Below, piece by piece: positions 36,619 to 46,587 of a DNA stretch of 64,000 bases. Every line of letters begins with the position of its first letter. The stretch's first letter is position 1. This DNA is from an uncultured delta proteobacterium (lineage in GTDB: Bacteria > Desulfobacterota > WTBG01 > CAIYCZ01): NCBI GenBank assembly GCA_963803975.1, contig CAWDOY010000012.1, positions 1-64,000 on the forward strand, written 5' to 3'. The notes below the pieces were generated by a model, which was not told the DNA's origin, made no database searches, and worked only from the letters and a program-made list of their open reading frames with translations. The translations under genes and the position numbers were made by a program.

Positions 36619-37347
36619 TTAAAACATCCCGCCATTGACCGATATGACCTGGCCGGTGACATACGAGGCATCATCGGAGCAGAGAAAACGCACTACCTTT
36701 GCCACCTCCTCCGGCTTGCCAATGCGCGCCATGGGTATTATCTCCTTTATTTTCAGCACGGGAACATCCTTGATCATTTCCGTATCGATGAGCCCGGGCG
36801 CCACGACATTGACCCTGATGCCCGTGCGTGCCACTTCGCAGGCAAGGGCTTTGCAAGCGGCAATTATGCCTGCCTTGGCAGCTGCGTAATTTGACTGGCC
36901 GCGGTTGCCCATAAGCGCCGACACAGAGGAAATCGCCACAATCGACCCGCTGTGATTCACCGCCATTTTCTTCAGCACCGGCTGCGTGACATGGTAAAAC
37001 CCTTTGAGCGATGTATCGATGACCGAGTTCCACTCAGTCTCGGTCATGAGCATGAACAGGCCGTCTGCGGTAATGCCGGCATTATTGACCAGCACCTGGA
37101 TGTTTTGAAACCGCGCGCAGATGGCATTCATCTGTACGGCAGCCTCTGCAGCATCAGCCACGTCAAACTTTACCGCCTCTGCTCCGCCGCCTTTTGCCTT
37201 AATGCTGTTAACCGTCTCCTGCGCCTGCGCGTCGTTTGACTTGTAGGTGATGATGACATAATAGCCGTCAGCTGCAAGCTCACAGGCTATGGCACGGCCT
37301 ATGCCGCGGCTGCCGCCGGTGACTATGGCAATTTTCTGATTGTCCAT
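36619..37347 (-). CDS. fabG: 3-oxoacyl-ACP reductase
   Basis: TGGSRGIG, NNAG, YAAAK, VNVVAPGLIDT. Confidence 0.9.
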   Translation of the reverse strand: MDNQKIAIVTGGSRGIGRAIACELAADGYYVIITYKSNDAQAQETVNSIKAKGGGAEAVKFDVADAAEAAVQMNAICARFQNIQVLVNNAGITADGLFMLMTETEWNSVIDTSLKGFYHVTQPVLKKMAVNHSGSIVAISSVSALMGNRGQSNYAAAKAGIIAACKALACEVARTGIRVNVVAPGLIDTEMIKDVPVLKIKEIIPMARIGKPEEVAKVVRFLCSDDASYVTGQVISVNGGMF

Positions 37348-37396
37348 AAAGTTCCCATCAGGTGAAGTCTATTAAAAAAATTCAATCCTTTAGAAT

Positions 37397-37855
37397 CTAT
37401 ACATCAGGCGTTGCCCGAAGCCCGAATATCTGCAGCTGAATTATACAGAGGCACTGCTCCCCCATCATGACCGTGCCCTCCATTGCCTCATAATCCTCAA
37501 GACTGTAGCGATTGGTGACCGTGGTAATGAGCTCAGCGCCAAGGGGCACTGCATCTACAAAAAACTCTGCGCTGTTTATGCCGGTCAGCACTCCGGCCGT
37601 ATAGGCTGATCTGTTCGCGCCCTTTTTCCAGCATGAAAGCACCCCTGCGGTCTGTGCCACCACTTCAATGAGCACAATAGGGCTCATTGATTCACCATCC
37701 AGAAGCGGCCATGAGTCGGCAACGGTGGACAATGTCACGGCATGGTCGCTGTCCACCTCCACTGCCGCCGCGATGAGTTTCATTCGGCCGCGGTGCGGGA
37801 TCAAATCATCAATAACTATGTCTTGCATAGAACACGGTAATTGGCAATTGGGCAA
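37397..37855 (-). CDS. Hotdog-fold 3-hydroxyacyl-ACP dehydratase-like protein
   Basis: LIPHRGRM, LIEVVAQT. Confidence 0.75.
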   Translation of the reverse strand: MPNCQLPCSMQDIVIDDLIPHRGRMKLIAAAVEVDSDHAVTLSTVADSWPLLDGESMSPIVLIEVVAQTAGVLSCWKKGANRSAYTAGVLTGINSAEFFVDAVPLGAELITTVTNRYSLEDYEAMEGTVMMGEQCLCIIQLQIFGLRATPDV

Positions 37856-37969
37856 AATCGTGCTACTTAAAAGCTTGTGCTGAACAGCAGCATTTCAGGA
37901 TGGAATCAATAGAATATAAACAGCCCGAAAAGTCAAGAAATACCCCCTCGGTACGGGCCTGTCTGAGAA

Positions 37970-39328
37970 ATGCTTTCCCAAACCATGAAAGACGAACTGC
38001 CTGATTTCCTTAATCGTATTACCGGCAACCATCTTCGCAAATTCATCGCAGGTGGTCATACCTGCGGTGATGTGTGCCGTTTAGCCGCAGGCATATGCAG
38101 CCTTACCTCCCCCGGCGAGCCCCTCTGCCTCTGGACGCAGGACAAAACCCGTATCGCCGCTGCCCTGCTTGCCGCTGTGTGCGGCGGGCCGCGCATCATT
38201 ATTCCCTATGCCTTTTCTTCGCAGGCGCTTGACGAAGCACGATCAAGTATCCCTTTTTCAAAAATACTCTCCGAAGGCAACGATGCCCCGCCCGTTGATT
38301 GCACGGTTATCATGCCCGACAGCGTGGCATCTCCTGCGCCTCTTGTTTATACTGCAGGTGATGCCGATACGCCGCGGGTCATGCTCTTCACGGGCGGCTC
38401 CACCGGCAAACCAAAGCTCTGGTCTAAAACCGCACGGAATCTTTTCGGCGAAGCGCTGCTGCTTACCGAAACATTCGGCATAGGGCCGCAGGATTGTATT
38501 CTTGCAACCGTGCCGCCACAGCACATTTACGGGCTGCTTTTCTCCGTGCTGGTGCCTCTCGTGTCGGGCTGCACCGTGCTTGAGCCCGTCTACTCATTTC
38601 CGCAGGAGATTCTTGACGCAGCCAGCGATACGGGGGCTACAATTCTGGTAAGCGTTCCCTCTCAGTATCATGTGCTGAAAACTGAGAGCCTGCAGCGCCA
38701 TAACCTCAGGCTGGCTTTTTCATCTGCTGGCATGCTCCCCAGGCCTGATGCGGAGTATTTCCACGGGAAAACCGGTATTGCCGTCATTGAGATTTACGGC
38801 TCCACTGAAACAGGCGGTGTAGCCTGGAAAGCTGCCCCGACCGACAGGCAGGGGTGTCGCACGTTTAAAGGCATTGACTGGAAGATACACAATGGACGGC
38901 TGCAGCTGCGCTCGGATTTCCTCTCGCCCGAGCTGCCCCGCGATCAGGATGGATTCTTTACCACTGCCGACCGCGCAGAACCCTGCGGGGCTGAAGGTTT
39001 CACCCTTCATGGCCGGGCCGACGATATTGTAAAAGTTGGCGGCAGGCGGGTTGATCTTTCTGAAATTTGCGATAAATTAAAAACTCTCAGCAACGTGCGT
39101 GATGCCGTGGTCTTTGCCATGCATGCCCGCACCGGCAGGGGCAGCGATATTGCAGCTCTTATTGCAGGCACTGCTGATGCATCAGCAATACGGTCCGGGC
39201 TTGCAAAAATCTGCGAGCCCTATGCCATCCCCCGCCATATCAAAATTGTTGATTCTATCCCCGTGCTTCCTACGGGAAAATATGACCGGGCAATGATTGA
39301 AAAGTTTTTCAGAACAGCCGAAGACTGA
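37970..39328 (+). CDS. AMP-dependent acyl-CoA/ACP ligase
   Basis: FTGGSTGKPK, HIYG, YGSTETGG, GRADDIVKVGG, TGK. Confidence 0.9.
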   Translation: MLSQTMKDELPDFLNRITGNHLRKFIAGGHTCGDVCRLAAGICSLTSPGEPLCLWTQDKTRIAAALLAAVCGGPRIIIPYAFSSQALDEARSSIPFSKILSEGNDAPPVDCTVIMPDSVASPAPLVYTAGDADTPRVMLFTGGSTGKPKLWSKTARNLFGEALLLTETFGIGPQDCILATVPPQHIYGLLFSVLVPLVSGCTVLEPVYSFPQEILDAASDTGATILVSVPSQYHVLKTESLQRHNLRLAFSSAGMLPRPDAEYFHGKTGIAVIEIYGSTETGGVAWKAAPTDRQGCRTFKGIDWKIHNGRLQLRSDFLSPELPRDQDGFFTTADRAEPCGAEGFTLHGRADDIVKVGGRRVDLSEICDKLKTLSNVRDAVVFAMHARTGRGSDIAALIAGTADASAIRSGLAKICEPYAIPRHIKIVDSIPVLPTGKYDRAMIEKFFRTAED

Positions 39329-39349
39329 AGCAAAAGATCAGCAGCGTGC

Positions 39350-39541
39350 GGAGCCAGGAGTTCAGAGTCTAGATTCAGGAGTCAGATCCGAAGTTAAAAA
39401 GTCACCATGTCATACAGTCGCAAGGGTATCCAGATTCAATCCGCTAGGCCTGGACCGGTTTTCACCAGTGACAACTTGTTACGGACATTCATAACCCGTA
39501 AGGTTTTACGTATTTGTTTTTCTACTGGATTCTGACTTCTG
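39350..39541. repeat. Degenerate heptamer arrays in inverted orientation
   Basis: GAGCCAG GAGTTCA GAGTCTA GATTCAG GAGTCAG ... CTGGATTCTGACTTCTG. Confidence 0.5.
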
Positions 39542-39580
39542 CCCTTGCGGAAAGGTCTTGAACTTTATGGGGTGATTGTC

Positions 39581-41047
39581 ATGCGCATCATGCTTGTCCA
39601 TCCGGCCGGATCAAACTGGGTCCCCGGGGAAAAGGATATTACCGCCACAGCAAACAGGATGGCCCCCCTGGGCCTGCTTTCGATTGCCGCATACCTGAAG
39701 CGCAGCGGGCACCAGGTATTCATTCATGACTGTCTTGGCCCTGAGGCGCCGCAGGGCATACGGGAAAACGTACAAGCCGTGCTCGCCCCTGCTCCTGACC
39801 TGGTCGGCTTTTCAACGACGACGTCCAGTTTCCTGGACGGCAACAACATGGCAACACTGATTAAAGAAGCCAGCCCGCGGGTCAAAACCGTCTTTGGCGG
39901 CGTGCATGTGTCTGCGCTGGGCGGGGCGCTGCTGCAGGACTTTCCCCGCATCGATTATTTGTCTCCCGGAGAGGGCGAGGTGACCCTTTCTGAACTGGCC
40001 TCCGGTCAGGACCCTGCCTCTATCGACGGGCTTATCTGGCGTGATGGTGAAAGGATTGTGACCAATGCGCCCCGCTCGCCGCTGCCGGATCTGGACCAGC
40101 TTCCTTTTCCTGATTATGAAAGCTTGAAGGGTTTTCCCCGGTCATACAACCTGCCCCTGTTCAGCTTCATTGGATTTCCCGGCGCAACCATGTCCACCAG
40201 CCGCGGATGCCTCTATGAGTGCTCGTACTGCGACCGGTCTGTCTTTAAGCGCTCCTACCGGTACAACTCTCCGGAATATATCTACGAGCACATGCTGCAC
40301 CTGCGGCAGCGCTTTGGCGTCCGGCATATCAATATCTATGATGATTTGTTTACCCTCAACAGGCCCCGCATTTTCGAGCTGTGCCGTCTTTTGATTGCAA
40401 AGCCCCTCGGCATACAGTTCAACTGCGCTGTCCGGGTAGGGCATGCCGACAATGATCTGCTGAAGCTGCTGAAAGATGCAGGCTGCCTCATGGTATCAAT
40501 GGGTATCGAATCGGCTGATCCGGCGATGCTCGCGCGCCATAAATCAGGGGTTACCCTTGATGAGGTCAGAGACACCGTTGACCGGATCAAAGCCTGCGGC
40601 CTCAGGGCCAAAGGGCTGTTCATGATGGGTCTCCCGGGCGAAACAGAAGCATCGATTCAGGCAACAAGCGACTTTGTGATTTCCCTTGGGCTGGATGACA
40701 TGAACATGTCGAAATTTACGCCTTTTCCGGGCGCGCCCATCTGGTCAACGCTGCGCGAAGAGGGGACCTTTCAGGAGGACTGGCAGTTAATGAACTGCCT
40801 TAATTTCGTCTTCGTACCGAAGACCATCGAATCAAAAAAAAAGCTCGACTACCTGTACAACCGGCATGTAAAGCGCTTCTACTCCGACCGGACCTGGCGC
40901 CGGAAATTCGCCCGACGCTTATGGCAGCACCGGTGGAGCATTCTCCATCTCCTGCGGCACCTGCCGTCTTTCCTTGCAGCCAAACGGCATTTTGAGCCGG
41001 ATAATGCCCTGAATTCACACGATAGTGATGTTGGCTTCGTCACATAA
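39581..41047 (+). CDS. B12-binding radical SAM protein (class B methylase/BchE-like)
   Basis: PLGLLSIAAYL, FGGVH, GEGE, TSRGCLYECSYC, YDDLF, MGLPGET. Confidence 0.9.
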   Translation: MRIMLVHPAGSNWVPGEKDITATANRMAPLGLLSIAAYLKRSGHQVFIHDCLGPEAPQGIRENVQAVLAPAPDLVGFSTTTSSFLDGNNMATLIKEASPRVKTVFGGVHVSALGGALLQDFPRIDYLSPGEGEVTLSELASGQDPASIDGLIWRDGERIVTNAPRSPLPDLDQLPFPDYESLKGFPRSYNLPLFSFIGFPGATMSTSRGCLYECSYCDRSVFKRSYRYNSPEYIYEHMLHLRQRFGVRHINIYDDLFTLNRPRIFELCRLLIAKPLGIQFNCAVRVGHADNDLLKLLKDAGCLMVSMGIESADPAMLARHKSGVTLDEVRDTVDRIKACGLRAKGLFMMGLPGETEASIQATSDFVISLGLDDMNMSKFTPFPGAPIWSTLREEGTFQEDWQLMNCLNFVFVPKTIESKKKLDYLYNRHVKRFYSDRTWRRKFARRLWQHRWSILHLLRHLPSFLAAKRHFEPDNALNSHDSDVGFVT

Positions 41048-41115
41048 CATTAAGATGCACGGTACGTCCATTATTGCTGCAGATAAGCAATAGCAATCTG
41101 CAGCACGTCCGGTGG

Positions 41116-42591
41116 CTAGTGTCCTGCCAGCCTGCCGGCCAGAAAATTCTGAAGATTTGCCCGGCCAACGACTTCGCCGACACCGCGCAGAACACTCAGG
41201 GTTACGCCCAGAAGCCCCGGGGCTATTGCGCTCTGGCCCACCAGGTAGAGTGACCGGACCGGAAAGCGTGTCAGCACCGCGTATTGCAGATCATTCTTTA
41301 CCGAACGCAAAAGACCGTACACTGACCCCTCAGGGCTTGCGGCCCAGTCGCGCATCGTAAGGGGTGTTGAGATATCAAGAATCTTGTAATCCTCAAGAGT
41401 GCCCAGCACGCTGCGGGCGGTCTCGATCATCGATTCAGCAGCGCGCATTTTTGCCTGCCCGTATTGCGCGCCCCGGCTGCCGGTGTGCGTGTGCTGCCAC
41501 TGCTTCCAGTCGGAATAGGCTGACCCGCGAATTATGGTGAGGAGATTCCACCCCGCGCGCTCACTGTGCCGCAGCTGAAAAAATGTTCCATCGACATTGA
41601 CTCCGTCAACCTTGTGAATACGGAACAGGTTATAGCCGAGTGCTTCGTGCTGTTTCTGATCCACCAACAGGCGAACGCAGACCACGCCCGACGTTTCCTC
41701 CAGCTTTAAAAGTCCCTGTCGATAATCTGCAGGAACAGCGTCATCGGGGAGCATGGGCAGCACGAGTTTGGGATGAATGCCGGCGATAACTTTTCTGCAT
41801 GCAAGGCTGCGGCCGGACTTCAGCCGGACGCCGCATGCGCGGCCATCACGAACAAGAATATGCTCCACCGGATCGCCCAGTATCAAGTCCGAGCCTGTTG
41901 CCCGGGCGCGCTCAACATAGGCCTCGACCATCTGCGTGCCGGTACATCCAAGCTCCCATGCCGACAGAAGAAGCGCTCCCAGCGTGTAGAGAAGGAGATA
42001 GGCGGGGCATTTGTCCATGGGAATCCCGGCCCAGAACCCGTGAACCGTGAGAATATCGTGGAGTTTTTTTGAGCAGCCGGAGGCCGCAAGAAAATCCTCC
42101 ATGCTCTGGTTAAATCCTGCGAAGGAAAAGAGGTTGGACTGCAAACGCCCTGTGGTGTCCAGGCGCAGACCGTGCGACAGGGAATGCACGGCGGAAACAA
42201 TGGTGTCTATTGCGTCGTTCTCAGTCGGACACACGCTGCGAAGCGCCTGCTCAAAGGCCGGCAAAGTTGCCGGGAGGTCAAACGTGAGATCGTCAAAAAC
42301 ATATCGCTCGAGTACCCCCTGTGTGCCCAAACGCCGCAGCTGCAGCTTGTCGGTCACGCCGAGTATATCAAAAAGCTGCCGCAGGAGCTCGCCCTCGCCT
42401 GCGGGGCCGAAATAATGAAGCCCAACGGCACAGTCGACGCCCTGCCGCGTGTAACTGCGCAATAGCCCGCCGGGAAAGGGATTTTTTTCAATGATGGTCG
42501 CTTTAAGGCCGAGTTGTCCGAGCAGGATTGCGCTCGTGAGTCCACCCAGACCCGAACCGATGATGATGACATCCGTGTCGATGGTGCTCAA
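41116..42591 (-). CDS. Phytoene desaturase-like FAD oxidoreductase
   Basis: IIGSGLGGL, EKN..PGG, STPLT, GSVYG, LYLVGQS..PGLLGV. Confidence 0.85.
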   Translation of the reverse strand: MSTIDTDVIIIGSGLGGLTSAILLGQLGLKATIIEKNPFPGGLLRSYTRQGVDCAVGLHYFGPAGEGELLRQLFDILGVTDKLQLRRLGTQGVLERYVFDDLTFDLPATLPAFEQALRSVCPTENDAIDTIVSAVHSLSHGLRLDTTGRLQSNLFSFAGFNQSMEDFLAASGCSKKLHDILTVHGFWAGIPMDKCPAYLLLYTLGALLLSAWELGCTGTQMVEAYVERARATGSDLILGDPVEHILVRDGRACGVRLKSGRSLACRKVIAGIHPKLVLPMLPDDAVPADYRQGLLKLEETSGVVCVRLLVDQKQHEALGYNLFRIHKVDGVNVDGTFFQLRHSERAGWNLLTIIRGSAYSDWKQWQHTHTGSRGAQYGQAKMRAAESMIETARSVLGTLEDYKILDISTPLTMRDWAASPEGSVYGLLRSVKNDLQYAVLTRFPVRSLYLVGQSAIAPGLLGVTLSVLRGVGEVVGRANLQNFLAGRLAGH

Positions 42592-42616
42592 GGAATGCTC
42601 CTCCCGGAGGCTCTGT

Positions 42617-43475
42617 TTAAATCGCGCAGTCAGGCGCTCCGCTGCGCACCCATGCCGGAGGAGTCATACGACCGCCGGATACGTCCTTCATCGCAACCCC
42701 TTTGACCATTTCCCGAAGTCCGCCTTCCTGATCGTGCAGCCAGATATCAAACCTGATAACTCCTTCATGCAGCAGTCACCGGTATAACAGAGCAGATGAT
42801 GGTCTCACCGGGAGCAATCGGCTGCACAAGCACCCGCTCATCAAACCCGATTGGAAAGGCAACAATACCGCAGTAGCGCTGTGCCCATGCGCAGGCCGCA
42901 TGCAGGCTGCCATCCAGCGGAAACGGGGAACCCAAAGGGCCGGATGCGCCGGGATGGTCGGCAGCGTATACGCGGGCAGATGCCGCGCTTTCTGTAAGCG
43001 TCACCCGGTCCTGCACGGACTGAAATGCCGGGCCGAAGGGCACCAGCTCGCCGTAGAGCCGGTGCGCGGGAATTTCAAAACCGGGGATATGAAATGCGTC
43101 AAGCGAGCCTGCAGGCGGTTCGGTGACGAGCGGGGCAGCTGCAGAAAAGCAGACGGTTGCATGCTGCTTTATTCTGGTTGCAGCGGTGCTTTTGAGTTTT
43201 GCAACAGTCGTAAGCGTTGCGCGGATAAAGCCCTTTTCTTCCATGACCAGGTTGCAACATGCTTCGATGACGGTGCATGCGGGTTCAATGCGAAGGAAAC
43301 GATCAAAGGAGGCGTGCTGCATGAAGGTGACTGGTGCCCCGGGGAAATGCGACTGCGCCGCACGGGCCAGGTGCTGCAGCATTTCAACGGCGGGAAGTAT
43401 GGCAGTCCCTTCAAAGTGGTGATCAAACAGCCAGGGATTGATAGGTATTGATACTGGCAGGGTCACTCGTTGCAT
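42617..43475 (-). pseudogene. Stand-alone PKS-type (double hotdog) dehydratase, frameshifted near 42770
   Basis: WLFDHHFEGTAILPAV, LY..LVPFGPAFQ, LDGSLH; hand translation continues in another frame as LHEGVIRFDIWL..DVSGGRMTPPAWV to TAA at 42617. Confidence 0.7.
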
Positions 43476-44306
43476 CTCTGTGAACTAGGGTATTCTCCAT
43501 AAATGATCCGCAGCCACATGCTAGCCGGTTCAGGGTTAGTGCGTGCTCGTGCCCTCAAGCAGCGCTCTGGCTTTCTGCATAACCTTTTAAAGGTGAGCCC
43601 GTGGTTGTTTCCATCATCAAATTCGATGCTGCCTGCAAGGCTTACGCTGATTTCAACGGGGTCGCCGGTGTTGAAAAGAAAGCAATCGGGCGGATACACC
43701 CGGTGCGTGTTTTCGATGCGCAGCACGCTGAATGGGCGCGCGGCAGAGCTTTGCAATGGTAAATGCCCCTTTTTCAAAAGGGCCGACCGCGCCTGAGCGG
43801 CTGCGGGTGCCTTCGGGGAATATGAAAAGATTGCCGCCCGAGGCAAGATAGGCGCGCATGGACTTAACCTGCTCCATGAGGTCGGGAACATCTGAGTCCT
43901 GCGCAAGTGAGGGCGAAAGATAGCCCGCAGACTTAAGTACCCAGCCAAAAATGGGCACCTTAAAGAATACGCTTTTAACAATGGTCTTATGCTGTCTGAA
44001 AAGCGAGATGAGCAGTATGGGGTCGAGAAATGACAGGTGGTTGGCAATGACGACTGATGAGCGGACGGCGTACACCTCCGGCGCGATGCTGATCTTCACC
44101 CGCGGCATGAGCAGCTTCAGATACGCAAAGAAGCAGCGGTAGAAAATGCAGTTGAGGTTCTGGAAAGCACGCTCTTGGTCGGCGGCAAACAGGGCGGCGG
44201 CACTATAGGCAGGGAAAAAAAAGAAAACGAATGCCGCGAAGTAGTATGCCCACAGAAGCAGCGTAATGATGAGATCAACTGCCGGCCTGAAAGTTTTGGT
44301 GAACAT
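43463..44306 (-). pseudogene. 1-acyl-glycerol-3-phosphate acyltransferase (PlsC-like), frameshifted near 43730
   Basis: ANHLSFLD, FIFPEGTRS, FEKGAF; C-terminus in an alternative frame, end uncertain. Confidence 0.75.
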
Positions 44307-44319
44307 GGAAGCCGCCTGC

Positions 44320-45552
44320 TTAAGGCTTTTTGATGATTATATTTGTGTTCACGCCGCCGAAGGCGAAATTCTGAATGGAGGCGATGCTCATTTTCTGCTC
44401 CCGAAGCTGCATAACATGATTGATCATGGCGCAGCGCTCATCAACCGTTTCAAGGTTGAGCGTGGGCGCTATACAACCTTCGGCCATAAGGTGCAGGGTG
44501 ATGATGGTTTCGATGACACCGCAGGTGGCCATGGTATGGCCCATGTATCCCTTGAAGCCCGTCACCAGCGGCCGGTTGCCGTATACATCATAAATCGCCT
44601 GCGCTTCGATGATATCGCCCATCTTGGTGCCGGTGGCATGGGCGCTCACGAAGTCAACATCACCTGCGTTGATGGCGGCATCTTTCAGCCCGAGCTGAAT
44701 GGTCTGCGTGATGCCTGCCAGGTTGGGCAGAATCAGGTCGCCGCCATTGTTGTTGCAGGCAAAGCCGATCACCTCGCCCAGAATGGTTGCCCCGCGTTTT
44801 CTCGCGCACTCGTATTCCTCAAGCAGCACAGCGCCCGCGCCTTCGCCCACCACGAGGCCGTCGCGGTCTTCGTCAAAGGGCCGCGGCGTGCGGCTGGGCG
44901 AGTCATTGAAGGCTGTGGAGCAGGCAAGCAGGTTGTCGAACACTGCCACCGTCGTGGTGTCGTATTCATCGGCGCCGCCGCAGATCATGGCGTCCTGCAT
45001 GCCGAACTTGATCGACTCATAGCCGTAGCCGATGGACTGACTGCTCGTGGTGCAGGCCGTTGACGACGAAATAACGCGGCCCGTAATGCCGAACATCTTG
45101 GTGATATTGACCGCCGTGGTGTGCACCATGGACCGCAGATAATCAACAGCGCCGATATTGGCAAATTTATCTGTTTCTTTGCTGAAGAATATTTTGTAGA
45201 TATCGCGCTGCACCGTGGGGCTGCCATGCGTGGAGCCGAATGCCACACCGAGCCTGCCCGAGGTGATGAAATCCTGCGTCAGCCCCGATGCTTCAAGCAC
45301 CTCTTTTGCAACCTGGCAGGCATAATATGCCACGGGGCCCATGGTTTTGCGGAACTGGCGGGAAAAGCCGTACTCCACAGGGTAGTCGACGGTGCCGTAC
45401 ACCTTTGAATGAATGTATTTGGTGAGCAGGCCGTCATCGCGCAGGGGCTTGACGCCGGAGATGCCGCTGGTGAGGCTGTGCATCAGCTCTTGTTTCGTGC
45501 GGCCGATGGGCGTGATTGCCGAACAGGCGGTTATGACGACACGACGTGGCAT
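44320..45552 (-). CDS. Beta-ketoacyl-ACP synthase (FabB/FabF-like)
   Basis: TACTTS, RPFDEDRDG, AHATGT, GHTMAT, FAFGG. Confidence 0.9.
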   Translation of the reverse strand: MPRRVVITACSAITPIGRTKQELMHSLTSGISGVKPLRDDGLLTKYIHSKVYGTVDYPVEYGFSRQFRKTMGPVAYYACQVAKEVLEASGLTQDFITSGRLGVAFGSTHGSPTVQRDIYKIFFSKETDKFANIGAVDYLRSMVHTTAVNITKMFGITGRVISSSTACTTSSQSIGYGYESIKFGMQDAMICGGADEYDTTTVAVFDNLLACSTAFNDSPSRTPRPFDEDRDGLVVGEGAGAVLLEEYECARKRGATILGEVIGFACNNNGGDLILPNLAGITQTIQLGLKDAAINAGDVDFVSAHATGTKMGDIIEAQAIYDVYGNRPLVTGFKGYMGHTMATCGVIETIITLHLMAEGCIAPTLNLETVDERCAMINHVMQLREQKMSIASIQNFAFGGVNTNIIIKKP

Positions 45553-45602
45553 GGGCTTTCGGGCTCGCTGTCTAATGGTTTTTCACGTATGACTTTTGGT
45601 TG

Positions 45603-45702
45603 TTGACCCCTCCTGAAGCAATTTGTTCCCCTTTTCAGTAAGCGTGGCCCAGGGGGTCCCCGATGTTCCCCTCCTTGACAAGGAGGGGATAGGGGTGGTC
45701 AA
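45603..45702. repeat. REP-like palindromic element
   Basis: TCCCCTCCTTG-A-CAAGGAGGGGA (45667-45689) inside TTGACC...GGTCAA. Confidence 0.6.
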
Positions 45703-45708
45703 ATTTTA

Positions 45709-45969
45709 TTAATTTTTTGATCGTGCTTTCATAATCGACTCGATATAATCGCACACCTGGTTGATGGTGCGAATATTGAGCGACTGCTTCTTTTCTTCCT
45801 GCGTGAGCTCCGTTTGCAGCAGCTTTTCTATCTGTATTAAAAGCTCGAGGCCGTCGATGCTGTCAAACCCGAATTTTTCACGCAGGTCATCGTCAGGATC
45901 GGGATTCTCAATCTCGAATTGGCGATTGCAGATCGCGATAATTTCAGAAAGCAGCTCTTCTCGTGTCAT
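45709..45969 (-). CDS. Acyl carrier protein
   Basis: FGFDSIDGLEL, acidic, 86 aa. Confidence 0.85.
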   Translation of the reverse strand: MTREELLSEIIAICNRQFEIENPDPDDDLREKFGFDSIDGLELLIQIEKLLQTELTQEEKKQSLNIRTINQVCDYIESIMKARSKN

Positions 45970-46105
45970 CTCATCATATCCTTATTTCACCGCCCTGCTT
46001 CGCTCAAGGCGCAAGGAGAACTTGCGGCAATGATACAAGCTTGTCCGGGTTCAGTTTACAACTCTGCGTCCGCTGCGACTCTGTAGTGAAACCGTCCTTC
46101 TGGCC

Positions 46106-46555
46106 CTATTTGGGAAACATTTCCCAGAGCCGCACGGTCCCCTCATCAACGGCAACCACGCTGCCTGCGGCATTGAGCGCGCAGTGTCGGGTAAACCCGG
46201 CACAGATCATGTTCCCGGTTTCGCCGTGGGTGATGATATAATCAAAACGCACTTTTACCCGCGCTATCTCAGCGGGCCGCGTATAAATCAGCATCAGGTC
46301 GTCATAGTAGAGGGGTTCGTAAAAGTTGATGCCGAGGTCCACGATGGGATATACATAGCCCCTGGCTTCAATCTCCTTGTACGGATAGTCGGCCTCCCGC
46401 ATGAGCGATGTTCTGCCGAACTCGAAGTAGCGCAGGTAGTTGGCATGATAGACAACACTTGAGCGGTCCGTGTCGGCATAGAGCGTGCGCTGCGTGCAGC
46501 AATGCCAGACAAGCCCGGTATCTGCGTCGCGCGATATACCGCTCGTCTTCAGCAT
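46106..46555 (-). CDS. Acyl-CoA thioesterase (YbgC-like)
   Basis: YADTDRSSVVYHANYLRYFE. Confidence 0.85.
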   Translation of the reverse strand: MLKTSGISRDADTGLVWHCCTQRTLYADTDRSSVVYHANYLRYFEFGRTSLMREADYPYKEIEARGYVYPIVDLGINFYEPLYYDDLMLIYTRPAEIARVKVRFDYIITHGETGNMICAGFTRHCALNAAGSVVAVDEGTVRLWEMFPK

Positions 46556-46587
46556 ACGGCACGGGCCTGAAAGGCTTTGGTTTCATA

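Noticed and set aside
42765..42767. TGA as selenocysteine in the dehydratase
   Set aside because: The protein-like continuation is in a different frame, so this is a frameshift and not recoding
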